IMG/VR virus record: IMGVR_UViG_3300020442_000009
Coordinates: 1-64,000 of that record
DNA from: a virus
Reading direction: 5' to 3' (one strand)
Length of the DNA stretch: 64,000 nt
In this document: piece by piece, positions 20,147-29,224 of the stretch
Position numbering within the stretch: the first letter of the stretch is position 1
Layout: every line of letters starts with the position of its first letter
Notes under the pieces: generated by a model
Databases searched by the model: none
Told to the model about the DNA's origin: nothing
Seen by the model: only the letters and a program-made list of their open reading frames with translations
Made by a program: the position numbers and the translations under genes

Positions 20147-21075
20147 ACTCTTCTAGTGATGTAACTGTCGCAAGTAGACGAGCTAAAGTCATCATAGCAT
20201 GCTTCAAAATTTATCATTCTTTGGCCTTCTGATTCTCCTCCTCCACCATCGTCAGTCAGAAAAAGTATATGTCCAGTTCTAAAACCTAAAGGTGTATTTT
20301 CATTATAACTTGGTTGAGCCAAATTAAAATTATCAGTTCCAAATCCATTTATACCAAACCATGGAGTTCTTCTACTTGTTCCGGGTAAAAAGTGAGCAGA
20401 GGTTGTACCAAATAAAGTTGGGTCTGTGTAACCCCATGCTGGTTCATTAGGATCTGTAAAAGAACCATGAGAAATAGTTTCTCCTTTGCCGCTACCTCTG
20501 GTTATTAAAAGGCTTTGTCCACTGACATCAATAACTTCCATTGAGTAAATACCTGTAACATGTTGGTTACTATTAAATGTAGCAACATCATCATCTTTAA
20601 CCCAAAGTTGCTTGCCATTTGAAACATAAGATACTCTAGTCCAATTTCCTGTAATGTCAAATGGGTGGGTTTCAAATTGTGTTCCTTTATTTATGGCGCT
20701 TGCAGGATTAGTATAGTATCTAACTCCTGTAACTACCAATGTAGCTAAGCTCGATGAGTTTCTAATAGAAAAACTTGAGAGATCTACAGGGATCGCACTA
20801 GGGGTAATGCTAGGGGTGACACTAATAGTTGGGGTAACTGTTATTGAAGGAGTTATCGAAATTGTTGTAGTAATTGAAGGTGTGATAGATATTGTTGGAG
20901 TAATTGAGGGCGTAACGGATATTGTTGGTGTTGGGGTTGGGGTAATCCAGTTTCTCGTCTCGTTTTTAGCTGTATGCACATAAAGCTGATTATTATAGTT
21001 GCCTCTCAATGTTGGTGCATTAAATCGACCTGTTGTTCCTTCGTCTCCATATCTCTGAAAATATTGAAAAGACAT
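20143..21075 (-). CDS. Thr/Pro-repeat protein, paralog A (putative virion surface protein)
   Basis: Shared N-terminal module, TP(S/T)I(S/T)(I/V) hexapeptide repeats, beta-rich C-terminal domain. Confidence 0.7.
   Translation of the reverse strand: MSFQYFQRYGDEGTTGRFNAPTLRGNYNNQLYVHTAKNETRNWITPTPTPTISVTPSITPTISITPSITTTISITPSITVTPTISVTPSITPSAIPVDLSSFSIRNSSSLATLVVTGVRYYTNPASAINKGTQFETHPFDITGNWTRVSYVSNGKQLWVKDDDVATFNSNQHVTGIYSMEVIDVSGQSLLITRGSGKGETISHGSFTDPNEPAWGYTDPTLFGTTSAHFLPGTSRRTPWFGINGFGTDNFNLAQPSYNENTPLGFRTGHILFLTDDGGGGESEGQRMINFEACYDDFSSSTCDSYITRRV
20798..20945 (-). repeat. degenerate 18-bp coding repeats (TPSITV-type linker)
   Basis: About 8 hexapeptide units, synonymously diverged. 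Confidence 0.75.
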
Positions 21076-21078
21076 TTT

Positions 21079-21954
21079 TTATACTCCAGCTGGTTTTTGT
21101 GTATTGAAGTCACCAATCTTAAATCCGTGGCTCAGTCTAGAGTCATTTCCAAGAGCTGAAACAAAATTAATTGATCCAGTTCTGTACCCAAGAGGAGTGT
21201 CTGGAGCATATCCGTGACTAGCCATAGTTACTTTTTGAGCGTCTCCGCTTCTTATTCCACGCCAATAGACGGGTTGACCTAAGTAACTCTTTTGGTTGCC
21301 ATCGTTTGCCCCAACTTTGGTAGGGTCAGTGAGATTATAAGCTAATGAAGCGGTGTAAGCTGCAAATGCGAGAGTTTCCCCTGCGACCTTGCCTCTCATT
21401 ATGAGAACATCTTGACCACTTACAGATGTAGTTTCAACAGAATAAATACCTGTAACATGTCCATTACCACTGAAAGTTGTCTTATCTTCTTCTTTTACCC
21501 AAGCAGTTTTAGTAGTTCCGGGATATGTAACTTGATGCCAATTGCCGGTTTGATCAGCACCAAAACCAAAATCAATAAATTCAGTTCCATTTGCATTAGT
21601 AATAGAATATCCAGTTTGCGCTCCCACTAGCTGAGATATATGAAGTGATAACTTGGTCAAGTCGGGTGCAACATATGATGGAGTAACCGTTGGGGTGGTG
21701 GATATGGTTGGGGTAATTGTTATTGAAGGAGTTATACTTGGAGTAACGGTAATTGTTGGAGTCACCGAAATTGAAGGCGTAATTGAGGGTGTGATAGATA
21801 TTGTTGGCGTTGGAGTCGGAGTAATCCAGCTTCTTGTCTCGTTCTTAGCTGTATGGACATAGACCTCATTATTATAGTTACCTCTTAATGTAGGTGCATT
21901 AAATCGACCTGTTGTTCCTTCGTCTCCGTATCTCTGAAAATATTGAAAAGACAT
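21079..21954 (-). CDS. Thr/Pro-repeat protein, paralog B
   Basis: First ~50 aa near-identical to paralog A; shared TGNW..V.Y, WVK, HVTGIYS.E...VSGQ...RG...GET, TPLG.RTG. Confidence 0.7.
   Translation of the reverse strand: MSFQYFQRYGDEGTTGRFNAPTLRGNYNNEVYVHTAKNETRSWITPTPTPTISITPSITPSISVTPTITVTPSITPSITITPTISTTPTVTPSYVAPDLTKLSLHISQLVGAQTGYSITNANGTEFIDFGFGADQTGNWHQVTYPGTTKTAWVKEEDKTTFSGNGHVTGIYSVETTSVSGQDVLIMRGKVAGETLAFAAYTASLAYNLTDPTKVGANDGNQKSYLGQPVYWRGIRSGDAQKVTMASHGYAPDTPLGYRTGSINFVSALGNDSRLSHGFKIGDFNTQKPAGV
21677..21825 (-). repeat. degenerate 18-bp coding repeats (TPSIT linker)
   Basis: About 8 hexapeptide units. Confidence 0.75.
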
Positions 21955-21955
21955 T

Positions 21956-22213
21956 TTAATCTGATGCTCTAGGGGTTAATTGAAGAGGGCTTTGTTCATA
22001 GTAATATTTATTATAAATAATATTGTACGAAGTTTCTAGCTGTTTTATATATTTTTTTTGAGATTCAATTGCTTGATTCAAATCTTTAATAACAAAATCA
22101 GCATCAACTGATAATTCATAAAGTTTTTTTCTTTCTTGTGTTTGCTCGTACAGCATATATCCTAGCAATAAAACTAGGAAACCTAAGAAATGAGTTAAAC
22201 TTTTTTTAGCCAC
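21956..22213 (-). CDS. membrane-anchored coiled-coil protein
   Basis: TM FLGFLVLLLGYML plus coiled coil; GTGTA motif at 22223-22227. Confidence 0.6.
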   Translation of the reverse strand: MAKKSLTHFLGFLVLLLGYMLYEQTQERKKLYELSVDADFVIKDLNQAIESQKKYIKQLETSYNIIYNKYYYEQSPLQLTPRASD

Positions 22214-22380
22214 ATATTAGTTTACACTAATATTTGTTGTATTTTGAACTATATGTGGATAAACCACAGAACATAGACATCAAAAAAGAGAAAATCCAGA
22301 AGCTACTACCGTCTCTAGCAAAAACGATACAGCAAATTAAATTTACTACACAGGAGATTAATAAAATTCTACCCTGTAAA

Positions 22381-23319
22381 TTAAGATGTCTCCAAGGTTT
22401 TATTTTTGCTTTCTTTCTTTAAGAAACAATGAATTTTTCTTTTTGACAAAGAATTAGAAATTTGCTTTTTTGTATACTCTGCACACCATTTTTTTCTAGA
22501 AATTTTAATTAAATCATTTAATGTATAATTATATGGTTTATTTAAAACAAGTTCTTTGAGATGTTTGGAATGAGCTTGAGCTAAGCAATGATTACCTTTT
22601 GTGTCAAAAAAACTACTGATAGCTTTATTACCTTTTTCAACTTCTTTGTAATTACTTCCAAAAACTTGATCTGTACTAATAAAAGACCTTAACTTTGCAA
22701 CAATTGTATGGTAATTAAAATTAACCGCTTGCCTAGTAACCTCAAGCTCTTCAGCCATTTGTTCTTCAGTCATACCTTTTTGCATCATTGATATTAATCT
22801 GACCTCATTTTCAGTTAAAATATCATAATATTTAGTAATAACTTTTATAATTTTTTTATATTTGTCAGTAACAAAAAGATTATTTACTTCTTCATCTTCT
22901 TGCCCTTGAAGATCTACTACCATTTCAAATGTAGTTTTTGGGCCATCTTCAGTATTTATAACAGCATCTACTCTTCTAGTATTATATTTCTTGTTATCTT
23001 CTGCATAGTGACTCCAATTAATAATATTTTTAATATATGTAAAAGCCATTTTTTGAAATGCAGAATAGTCAAATGTTCCTTCATATTCATTAAGCATTTT
23101 TTCTTTATATTTAATTAAAGAAAGGTTTGCTTGGCTTGCTATTTCATCTGGGTCAAGCCTATGAAAAGGTTTTCTATATTTCCCAATAATTTTTTTAATA
23201 TCTTGCTGGTAGCCAGCAAGCCACTCATCATATTGATCACTTAAAGTTTTTTTATCAATTTTATTTATCATTTTCATTCTTAACAAACCTTCCTGTTTTT
23301 TTGCATAATTTTTTAACAT
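22381..23319 (-). CDS. phage sigma-70-like factor
   Basis: Region 2-like DPDEIASQANLSLIK...FTYIKNII; region 4 HTH LTENE...GMTEEQMAEELEVTRQAVN; true start probably MINKID. Confidence 0.65.
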   Translation of the reverse strand: MLKNYAKKQEGLLRMKMINKIDKKTLSDQYDEWLAGYQQDIKKIIGKYRKPFHRLDPDEIASQANLSLIKYKEKMLNEYEGTFDYSAFQKMAFTYIKNIINWSHYAEDNKKYNTRRVDAVINTEDGPKTTFEMVVDLQGQEDEEVNNLFVTDKYKKIIKVITKYYDILTENEVRLISMMQKGMTEEQMAEELEVTRQAVNFNYHTIVAKLRSFISTDQVFGSNYKEVEKGNKAISSFFDTKGNHCLAQAHSKHLKELVLNKPYNYTLNDLIKISRKKWCAEYTKKQISNSLSKRKIHCFLKKESKNKTLETS

Positions 23320-24343
23320 GAGGATTTGGATATTCAGTAGACCAATCCACTTTGTCTTTAGTTTGATTTAGCCTTTTAGAAAAAAGACTAGGTTTCATAC
23401 CTAACATTTTGGCAGCTTTTGATCTAGAGTTATTATATTTAGAAAGAGCAGCTTTTGCTTTTGGTATAAATTCTTTCAGCATAGATTCTCTTCTTTTTGC
23501 CCAAGTAGCTACATTATTTCTAATTTTCTTTTTTTGTTGTTCTTCTGTAAGTCCAGCAAAAGGAATATAACCCGCCTCTTGCCTTTTTTTCATAACTCTT
23601 TTTTGAGTTTCAGATCTTTGCTCTCTAGGAACTCTAGGGGGAATTGGCTTTGGTGGTGGAAAATCTTTTGCCCAATCAACTCCAGATACTCTTTTCATTA
23701 ACTTTTGAAATGAATTTCTAGAAACGCCTATCTCCTTGCAAGCTTTGCATCTTACATTATTATGCAAAATTAAAGCTGCCATCATTCTTTTTTTAATTCT
23801 TTCCATGTCTTGCTTATCCCAATCAATCCACTCATGACCTGTCCAGATTTTACCTTCTCTTAGTTCAAGAGCAAGGCTTTTGCCTTTTCTATTTTTGGAA
23901 ACCCAATTTTCTTGACCTTTTTGAAAACCAATCTTTTTTAAATGCTCATAGTCTGTAGCATTATAGCGATTACTTTTCCAAGATGGTCTTGGGACAAAAA
24001 GTTTGAATAAGGTATTGCTTGGATTTGGGAAAGCTGCGCTTCTTATTTCTTCCCATTCTTTAGTTCCAAGTTTTTTCCCATGATCAGTTTTATATTCTTT
24101 ATGAAACATAAATCCTTGAAGAGCTTTTACTTTTATATCAGGGTCATCTTCCATAAGTCTTAGCTTCAGGATTTCTTTTGCACTTTGGAAAGATTTAGCT
24201 CTAATAAAAGTTTTAAAATCCTTCTCTTCTCCATTGCCATACCTTTCGGTATAACTAATATTCCAGTATTGATGAAATTGGAAATTTTTTGCTCTAAACT
24301 TAGCTTGAAGGCTTTTACTTTTTCTTCCGCGTTTTTTATTCAT
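23261..24343 (-). CDS. basic DNA-binding protein with two Fis-type HTH repeats
   Basis: AAL..HNNVRCKACKEIGVSRNSF...VDW...FP and AAL..YNNSRSKAAKMLGM...VDW...YP. Confidence 0.6.
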   Translation of the reverse strand: MNKKRGRKSKSLQAKFRAKNFQFHQYWNISYTERYGNGEEKDFKTFIRAKSFQSAKEILKLRLMEDDPDIKVKALQGFMFHKEYKTDHGKKLGTKEWEEIRSAAFPNPSNTLFKLFVPRPSWKSNRYNATDYEHLKKIGFQKGQENWVSKNRKGKSLALELREGKIWTGHEWIDWDKQDMERIKKRMMAALILHNNVRCKACKEIGVSRNSFQKLMKRVSGVDWAKDFPPPKPIPPRVPREQRSETQKRVMKKRQEAGYIPFAGLTEEQQKKKIRNNVATWAKRRESMLKEFIPKAKAALSKYNNSRSKAAKMLGMKPSLFSKRLNQTKDKVDWSTEYPNPHVKKLCKKTGRFVKNENDK

Positions 24344-24350
24344 AAGACTC

Positions 24351-24379
24351 AGTATAACGCGTTTTTACATAAAAGTCAA
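24351..24379 (-). promoter_or_regulatory. sigma70-type promoter (leaderless geometry)
   Basis: TTGACT-17-TATACT, 7 nt before the ATG at 24343. Confidence 0.7.
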
Positions 24380-24529
24380 GTCATTTCCACTTGCAATAGT
24401 GAGGATTTTCAAGTCTTTTTCTCCTCATATAGTCTCTTTTTTGCTGACGCCGTCTTTCTGGGTCAGCTTCATCATATTTTTTTCTAGCTTTTTTTTGTGC
24501 TTCTGTATTTTTTTTCTTTTTACTTTGGC

Positions 24530-25114
24530 TCATATTAACTGCTGTACTTTGCTATTTTCCTTAGTTACAACTTCACTCAAAAAGGGAACAACAAATTCAT
24601 CACATTTATCCAGTTCGTCTTCTCCAAATGTAGGCCAGTAAACTTTGTGAGATATAAAAGGTCTAATCCTATGTAACTCTCTATGCTCTTCATGATTAGC
24701 TGGGCCAACTTCATGTCTTGTTAAATTAATCACTAAACCCCCATTAATTTTTATCCACTCAGCTTCATTTTTATACCTAACATCGGTAACAAAGACATAA
24801 TAACCTTCTTTTATTTTTTTCTCAACATCAGACTGAATTTTTTTAATCCAGCAATTTTCATCAATTTTACGTCTAATGTCAGTTCCCCAAGTTACTAAGA
24901 GTGGTCTTATTAATTCTTTTTCGGTTTTATTTTCAGTAAAAGCAGAAATTTCTGTATATTTTGCTAAAATTTCATCAATTTCATACTTTAATGCATCTGC
25001 AAAAGCAAATCTACAAGCCTTATAGCCTTCTTTTTCTAAAGCAATTTTGCCACGTTGATAAAATGTATCTTTGCCTGATCTAGCAAAGCCTGATATTCCT
25101 ATTAGTTTACTCAT
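24530..25114 (-). CDS. deoxynucleoside monophosphate kinase
   Basis: GISGFARSGKDT, FADALK, RPLL..WGT..RR, VTDVRY.NE. Confidence 0.85.
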   Translation of the reverse strand: MSKLIGISGFARSGKDTFYQRGKIALEKEGYKACRFAFADALKYEIDEILAKYTEISAFTENKTEKELIRPLLVTWGTDIRRKIDENCWIKKIQSDVEKKIKEGYYVFVTDVRYKNEAEWIKINGGLVINLTRHEVGPANHEEHRELHRIRPFISHKVYWPTFGEDELDKCDEFVVPFLSEVVTKENSKVQQLI

Positions 25115-25375
25115 CGTCTATATCTATATCGCTCTCAAATTCTACATTACCTTCTGATGCGAGTTCTTGTATTTTTTCTTGTAGTGCTCCTATTATTGTT
25201 ATTGTGTTTATATCATATTCATCTATATATCTATAGATTAAATTTTCTAAATCCATGCGAAAAGAATCGGTTTGCTCATCGTAATCTTTTGGTCCGCTAA
25301 AAAATAATTCTTCGTCTGTCACATAACATAATAAATTGTCGTCCACTATTTTCTAATTAAATAATTTAAATCACA

Positions 25376-26098
25376 CTAATCTGGCATTTTATTTGATTTT
25401 CGCTTATTATCTATTCCTCTCATTGGTTGTATGTTGGTATAATGACCTGCTTTATAAACATCTTTTGAATTTTTAACAAACCAATCCAGAGGTATCTTGT
25501 GATCAAGTTGCCATTGGTTATAAGGATCTGGCCCATAGTTGTCCCAATTCATCCAATCTTCCCATAAGGATTCTATGTGTGCTCTATATTCTTTTATTGT
25601 GCAACCTAATTGAGTTAAGGAACTTGGGTGAACTTTTCTTTTTCTTTTTCCTGCCGCTGCCGCATTTACCCTTCTAGCATTCCTTCTTACCTGATTTACC
25701 AATACATGATTTGGATCAGTTTTTCGCAGATGTCTGGCTCGATCTCTAAAGTATTTTCTAAGATGTTCTCTATTTTTAGCTTTCCATTTCTTATCAGAAA
25801 TAGCTTTTCTTTTCTTGTATTCTGGGTCTTTTCTCTTTTTTCTTAGGTTTGCAAGTATTTCTTCTCTATTATTTTGGTAGCGCTCTTTTGCTTGTTTAGA
25901 TGCTCTTTCTTTATTTTCAGAATACCACTTAGCATCCATTGCAGCTTTTTTTTCTTTATTAGCTTCTCTCCAAACCTTATCTTGAGCATATTTACATGTT
26001 TTGCATTGACTTTGCCTTCCATTTTTTTTGCTTTTTTGTTTACCAAACTCATTAATCGGCTTTTCTTCACCACATTTTGAACATTTTAACTTTTCCAT
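25376..26098 (-). CDS. HNH-type homing endonuclease with N-terminal Zn finger
   Basis: CSKC..CKTC, LGCT...MNWDNYG, WQLDHKIP, HYTNIQP...N..KSNK. Confidence 0.8.
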   Translation of the reverse strand: MEKLKCSKCGEEKPINEFGKQKSKKNGRQSQCKTCKYAQDKVWREANKEKKAAMDAKWYSENKERASKQAKERYQNNREEILANLRKKRKDPEYKKRKAISDKKWKAKNREHLRKYFRDRARHLRKTDPNHVLVNQVRRNARRVNAAAAGKRKRKVHPSSLTQLGCTIKEYRAHIESLWEDWMNWDNYGPDPYNQWQLDHKIPLDWFVKNSKDVYKAGHYTNIQPMRGIDNKRKSNKMPD

Positions 26099-27207
26099 TA
26101 TTTTTTAATTTTATTTAATATTTTGAGACACATTTTAGGCAAAAACATTTCACCTAGCACTTTTCTAATAAAATTAGGAGAATAATCATATTTATAAGAC
26201 CCATCTTTTTGTTTATGAGCAAATTTGTCTAGACAATCAGTTGGTAGACCACAAATAGCTAAAATTTCTCGTATAGTTAGCACTCTGGCATCAGAATAAG
26301 TGCCATCAACAAACTTTCTGCCGGGATGCACATTGTTTTGGCTTGATATAGCCCCATTACACATTGTAACTGTCGGGGCAGGTGAATCCCACTTCATTCG
26401 CTTGTAAGTCGTTTTAAAGCCGTTTATGGGGCGTTTCTCGCCATCTTCTATTAAATGTGGGTAATGTACCTTATTATCGAATGCGGTGCATCCTGTAGGA
26501 GTATTTGACATCCAAGTGATATGATTTTTGCTGTGTTTTGGTGCAAAGTGCCAAGGAATATTTAAATGATCTGCATTTTCTTCTGATTCAAGTGTTGGAA
26601 ATTCGGCAAAATCATCTAACACATCACGCAAAGTAATTTCACTTTCTTTTTCTTCGGGATGCTTCCACTCACCGTTTTTAGATATTAAACATATTGATCT
26701 GCTCCTAGATTGAGGAGTTCCTAAATTCTTTGCATTTAAAATCTTACAATGACATTCAAAGCCATCGGGTAGTTGACTTTGTATAAATTTTACTATATTT
26801 ATTGTGTTGCCTTTGTAATTTATAAATGTTTTTGCCATCTGAGGTACATTTTCAATAAGCATATAGTCTGGCTTTATTTTGTTGAAAACTTCCATTGCAT
26901 GAACAATAAGAGTATTTCGTTCATCCTTGGGATTCTTTTGAGCATTAGCTACGCTCATTCCCTGACATGGGGGCGTTGCAATAATTATATCTATTTTGCC
27001 ATGTTTTTTACAGGCAGCCTGAATATTATTTTTTATTGTTTTTTCTGCTATGCTTCCACAAATTAAATCTACTGAATTTGAATGAAATTTATTGTAAAAA
27101 TCTACCCTGTCTTCAAGCAGTTCGTTTGCGACAACGACATTAAAATTATTTTGTTTGAGGTAGTATTCTCCAAAACCTACATTAGCAAATAAAGACAAAA
27201 CATTCAT
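26098..27207 (-). CDS. DNA (cytosine-5) methyltransferase
   Basis: SLFANVG (motif I variant), PPCQGMS, ENV, PQSRSR, R.LTIRE. Confidence 0.92.
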   Translation of the reverse strand: MNVLSLFANVGFGEYYLKQNNFNVVVANELLEDRVDFYNKFHSNSVDLICGSIAEKTIKNNIQAACKKHGKIDIIIATPPCQGMSVANAQKNPKDERNTLIVHAMEVFNKIKPDYMLIENVPQMAKTFINYKGNTINIVKFIQSQLPDGFECHCKILNAKNLGTPQSRSRSICLISKNGEWKHPEEKESEITLRDVLDDFAEFPTLESEENADHLNIPWHFAPKHSKNHITWMSNTPTGCTAFDNKVHYPHLIEDGEKRPINGFKTTYKRMKWDSPAPTVTMCNGAISSQNNVHPGRKFVDGTYSDARVLTIREILAICGLPTDCLDKFAHKQKDGSYKYDYSPNFIRKVLGEMFLPKMCLKILNKIKK

Positions 27208-27210
27208 AAT

Positions 27211-27247
27211 AAAAAAGGGGACTCAGCTATTATAGCTGAATCCCCTT
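27211..27247 (-). terminator. intrinsic terminator overlapping the methyltransferase promoter
   Basis: AAGGGGATTCAGCTA-TAA-TAGCTGAGTCCCCTT followed by a T run; G.U wobble fits minus-strand RNA. Confidence 0.8.
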
Positions 27248-27257
27248 AGAAAGTCAA
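27229..27257 (-). promoter_or_regulatory. sigma70-type promoter
   Basis: TTGACT-17-TATAAT. Confidence 0.75.
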
Positions 27258-27270
27258 GAGAAATATTTAA

Positions 27271-27510
27271 CTACTTACTCTTACTTCCTCCCTGCATAAG
27301 GGCCACAATGAGAATCAATGTGACGACTCCAGCTAAGCTGGCACCTTCACCAATGAAACCGCCAACAATCTCTTGAAGATTGCTGATGACATTAACAGGA
27401 GCACCATTCCCGAAAACAACTTGGGAAACTACCAGTAGTCCAATTACTGACAAAAGGACACTGGTAAGACCTCCTGCATATGCTTTGATTGTATCTAGTG
27501 TATTTTTCAT
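27271..27510 (-). CDS. small two-TM membrane protein
   Basis: Two hydrophobic helices flanking QVVFG...NVISN; resembles a small marine-bacterial family. Confidence 0.65.
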   Translation of the reverse strand: MKNTLDTIKAYAGGLTSVLLSVIGLLVVSQVVFGNGAPVNVISNLQEIVGGFIGEGASLAGVVTLILIVALMQGGSKSK

Positions 27511-27523
27511 AAATAATTACTAA

Positions 27524-28174
27524 TTAGAATTTAAAGCTCAAAGATGTACCGAAAACATATTCTCTATCAATATCATCGGCATCTACATAATCCACACCTA
27601 AAGAAAGGTCAGCTGCATCAGAAACACTCTTAGAAAGAGATGCTCCAACAACATAATATGTCCTATCGGATGCGGAAGTTAACTCTGTATTTCCAACAGT
27701 AGCTTCAAGATCAAGAGAAGCGAAAGATAAATCAAAATCATGACTTACTCCAGCTTCAAATGTATAAAGAGAATCATCTAAATCTCTAAAAAGAGAAACA
27801 GAAGGATTCAATACTGTATTGGAAGAAAGAACTAATTCAACTTCAGAAAGAGCATTTCCGGGAACGTCTTCGAAGTGATTTAATCCTACATATGCTGAAA
27901 GAAGACCTTCAGCAAAAGACTTGCCAAGTCCAGCACCAAGATGGTAGCTATCATTGCCCACATCCACTGCTTGGTTTGTGCAAGCATGTGCAGAGGCATC
28001 TAATCCAGCAACTCCAGCTCCAAGCATTAAAGATGCTTGAACAGACTGTTCTGCTTTCTGTGAACCTCTATAAAAGAAGTCAGAAGCATAACCAATCTTG
28101 GCAGAATTGCCCAAAAGGGCGGCGTTACAAATAAGTCCACAAAGGACAAGTAGTGATGTTAGTTTATTTTTCAT
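27524..28174 (-). CDS. outer-membrane beta-barrel protein (Gcw_chp/TIGR02001-like)
   Basis: Signal peptide MKNKLTSLLVLCGLICNAALL, YASDFFYRG, amphipathic strands, C-terminal LSFKF; start moved to 28174. Confidence 0.75.
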   Translation of the reverse strand: MKNKLTSLLVLCGLICNAALLGNSAKIGYASDFFYRGSQKAEQSVQASLMLGAGVAGLDASAHACTNQAVDVGNDSYHLGAGLGKSFAEGLLSAYVGLNHFEDVPGNALSEVELVLSSNTVLNPSVSLFRDLDDSLYTFEAGVSHDFDLSFASLDLEATVGNTELTSASDRTYYVVGASLSKSVSDAADLSLGVDYVDADDIDREYVFGTSLSFKF

Positions 28175-28193
28175 AATATATAGATGAAAGGTT

Positions 28194-28367
28194 TTAGGAG
28201 GACTTTTTTGCGACATGTTCTCCGACATTGCCAGCGGCATAAAGTCCAAAAATCCATTTGACGAAATCAGCCCAATCTTTAAATTCAGCCATTCCATACA
28301 GTAATGCGGTAGTTGCAGAAATAAAGCAAATTGCCGCGCATAGTAGTTTTCTACTTTTAAAATTCAT
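28194..28367 (-). CDS. small two-TM holin-like protein (57 aa, absent from ORF track)
   Basis: Own translation MNFKSRKLLCAAICFISATTALLYGMAEFKDWADFVKWIFGLYAAGNVGEHVAKKSS; ATGA overlap with the upstream gene. Confidence 0.6.
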   Translation of the reverse strand: MNFKSRKLLCAAICFISATTALLYGMAEFKDWADFVKWIFGLYAAGNVGEHVAKKSS

Positions 28368-28945
28368 TGTATTCTAATTTCTTTCCAAGCAACTAATTTT
28401 GACTTTACTTGATCTCTAATATGTCGTTGCTTTTTATTAAGTTGACTATTGCCGCTTTTTACTTCAATAAATGTAATTTCTTCGTCTCCAAAAGATATAT
28501 AGTCAATAGGTTTTCCTAAAAATGTACATTCTTCTGGGTTAAAATCAAATTGGTCTAAAAATGGGGCAAGAGTTTCTGCAATATGTCCTAGTCTTACTTC
28601 GCTACTTTTTTTCTGTGAAGTTACTTTTTTCTTAGCTTCAGTTTCTTCGCTTAGTTTTAATTCTAGTTCAGCAATATCCTTTAAGATTTTTTCTTCTCTC
28701 TGTTGTAGCTCTTCTTTTCTGCTTTCTATTGATTTTTGTTCGATCTCAAAACTTGATTGTAAGCTGTGGATTGTTTGCTGAAGATTGCTTTCTCTTAATT
28801 TAAAGTCTGATTCCTTTTCTATCAGTTGTTCTTTTAGTGATTGATTTAAAGAATTGGCGTTAAGTTGTTCCTGTTTAAGGTTTCGTAAATAAAATACTAA
28901 ATATATTATACACCCAACTAGGGTAATTTCTACAAAAAAATTCAA
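28364..28945 (-). CDS. Holliday-junction-resolvase-like endonuclease (Endonuc_Holl) with TM anchor and coiled coil
   Basis: SSEVRLGHIAETLAPF, FLGKPIDYI.F, FIEVKSG.SQL...Q. Confidence 0.8.
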   Translation of the reverse strand: MNFFVEITLVGCIIYLVFYLRNLKQEQLNANSLNQSLKEQLIEKESDFKLRESNLQQTIHSLQSSFEIEQKSIESRKEELQQREEKILKDIAELELKLSEETEAKKKVTSQKKSSEVRLGHIAETLAPFLDQFDFNPEECTFLGKPIDYISFGDEEITFIEVKSGNSQLNKKQRHIRDQVKSKLVAWKEIRIQ

Positions 28946-28948
28946 AAT

Positions 28949-29224
28949 TCACTTTTTGGTTATAGAAATAATTCTGTCATGACGGAAAGATCTAATTTGA
29001 TTTCTGCCAAAACAAAAAGCTCTAAATCCAACATTATCTCTATCAAATCTCTTGTTACCAAAAGAATTATAAAGATTGATTGCTCCTATTTGATAAGTTT
29101 TAATTTTTCCATCCCTATTTCTGTAAACTACATAGTAGCGTGGGCCAAAATTTTTTCTAATACTAAATTTTAATTTATTGTATAATTTATTCATCATTTT
29201 TAGGAATAAGTCCTCTCTCTTCAC
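28949..29224 (-). CDS. WYL-like small protein
   Basis: Y.NRDG...AFC..R..IRSFRHDRI. Confidence 0.55.
   Translation of the reverse strand: MKREDLFLKMMNKLYNKLKFSIRKNFGPRYYVVYRNRDGKIKTYQIGAINLYNSFGNKRFDRDNVGFRAFCFGRNQIRSFRHDRIISITKK

Noticed and set aside
17441-22213. Spanin pair (lipoprotein 17441 plus TM coiled-coil 21956)
   Set aside because: The genes are not adjacent or nested, and no endolysin is recognisable in the window; support is insufficient.
25338-25347. GTGGACGA match to the dispersed element
   Set aside because: It coincides with the GTG-GAC-GAC start of an ORF and lacks the TTCGACA partner box.
28175-28297. 41-aa N-terminal extension of the beta-barrel ORF, or a riboswitch in this GC-richer stretch
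   Set aside because: The stretch is explained by a separate 57-aa membrane ORF in another frame, and the signal peptide starts at 28174.
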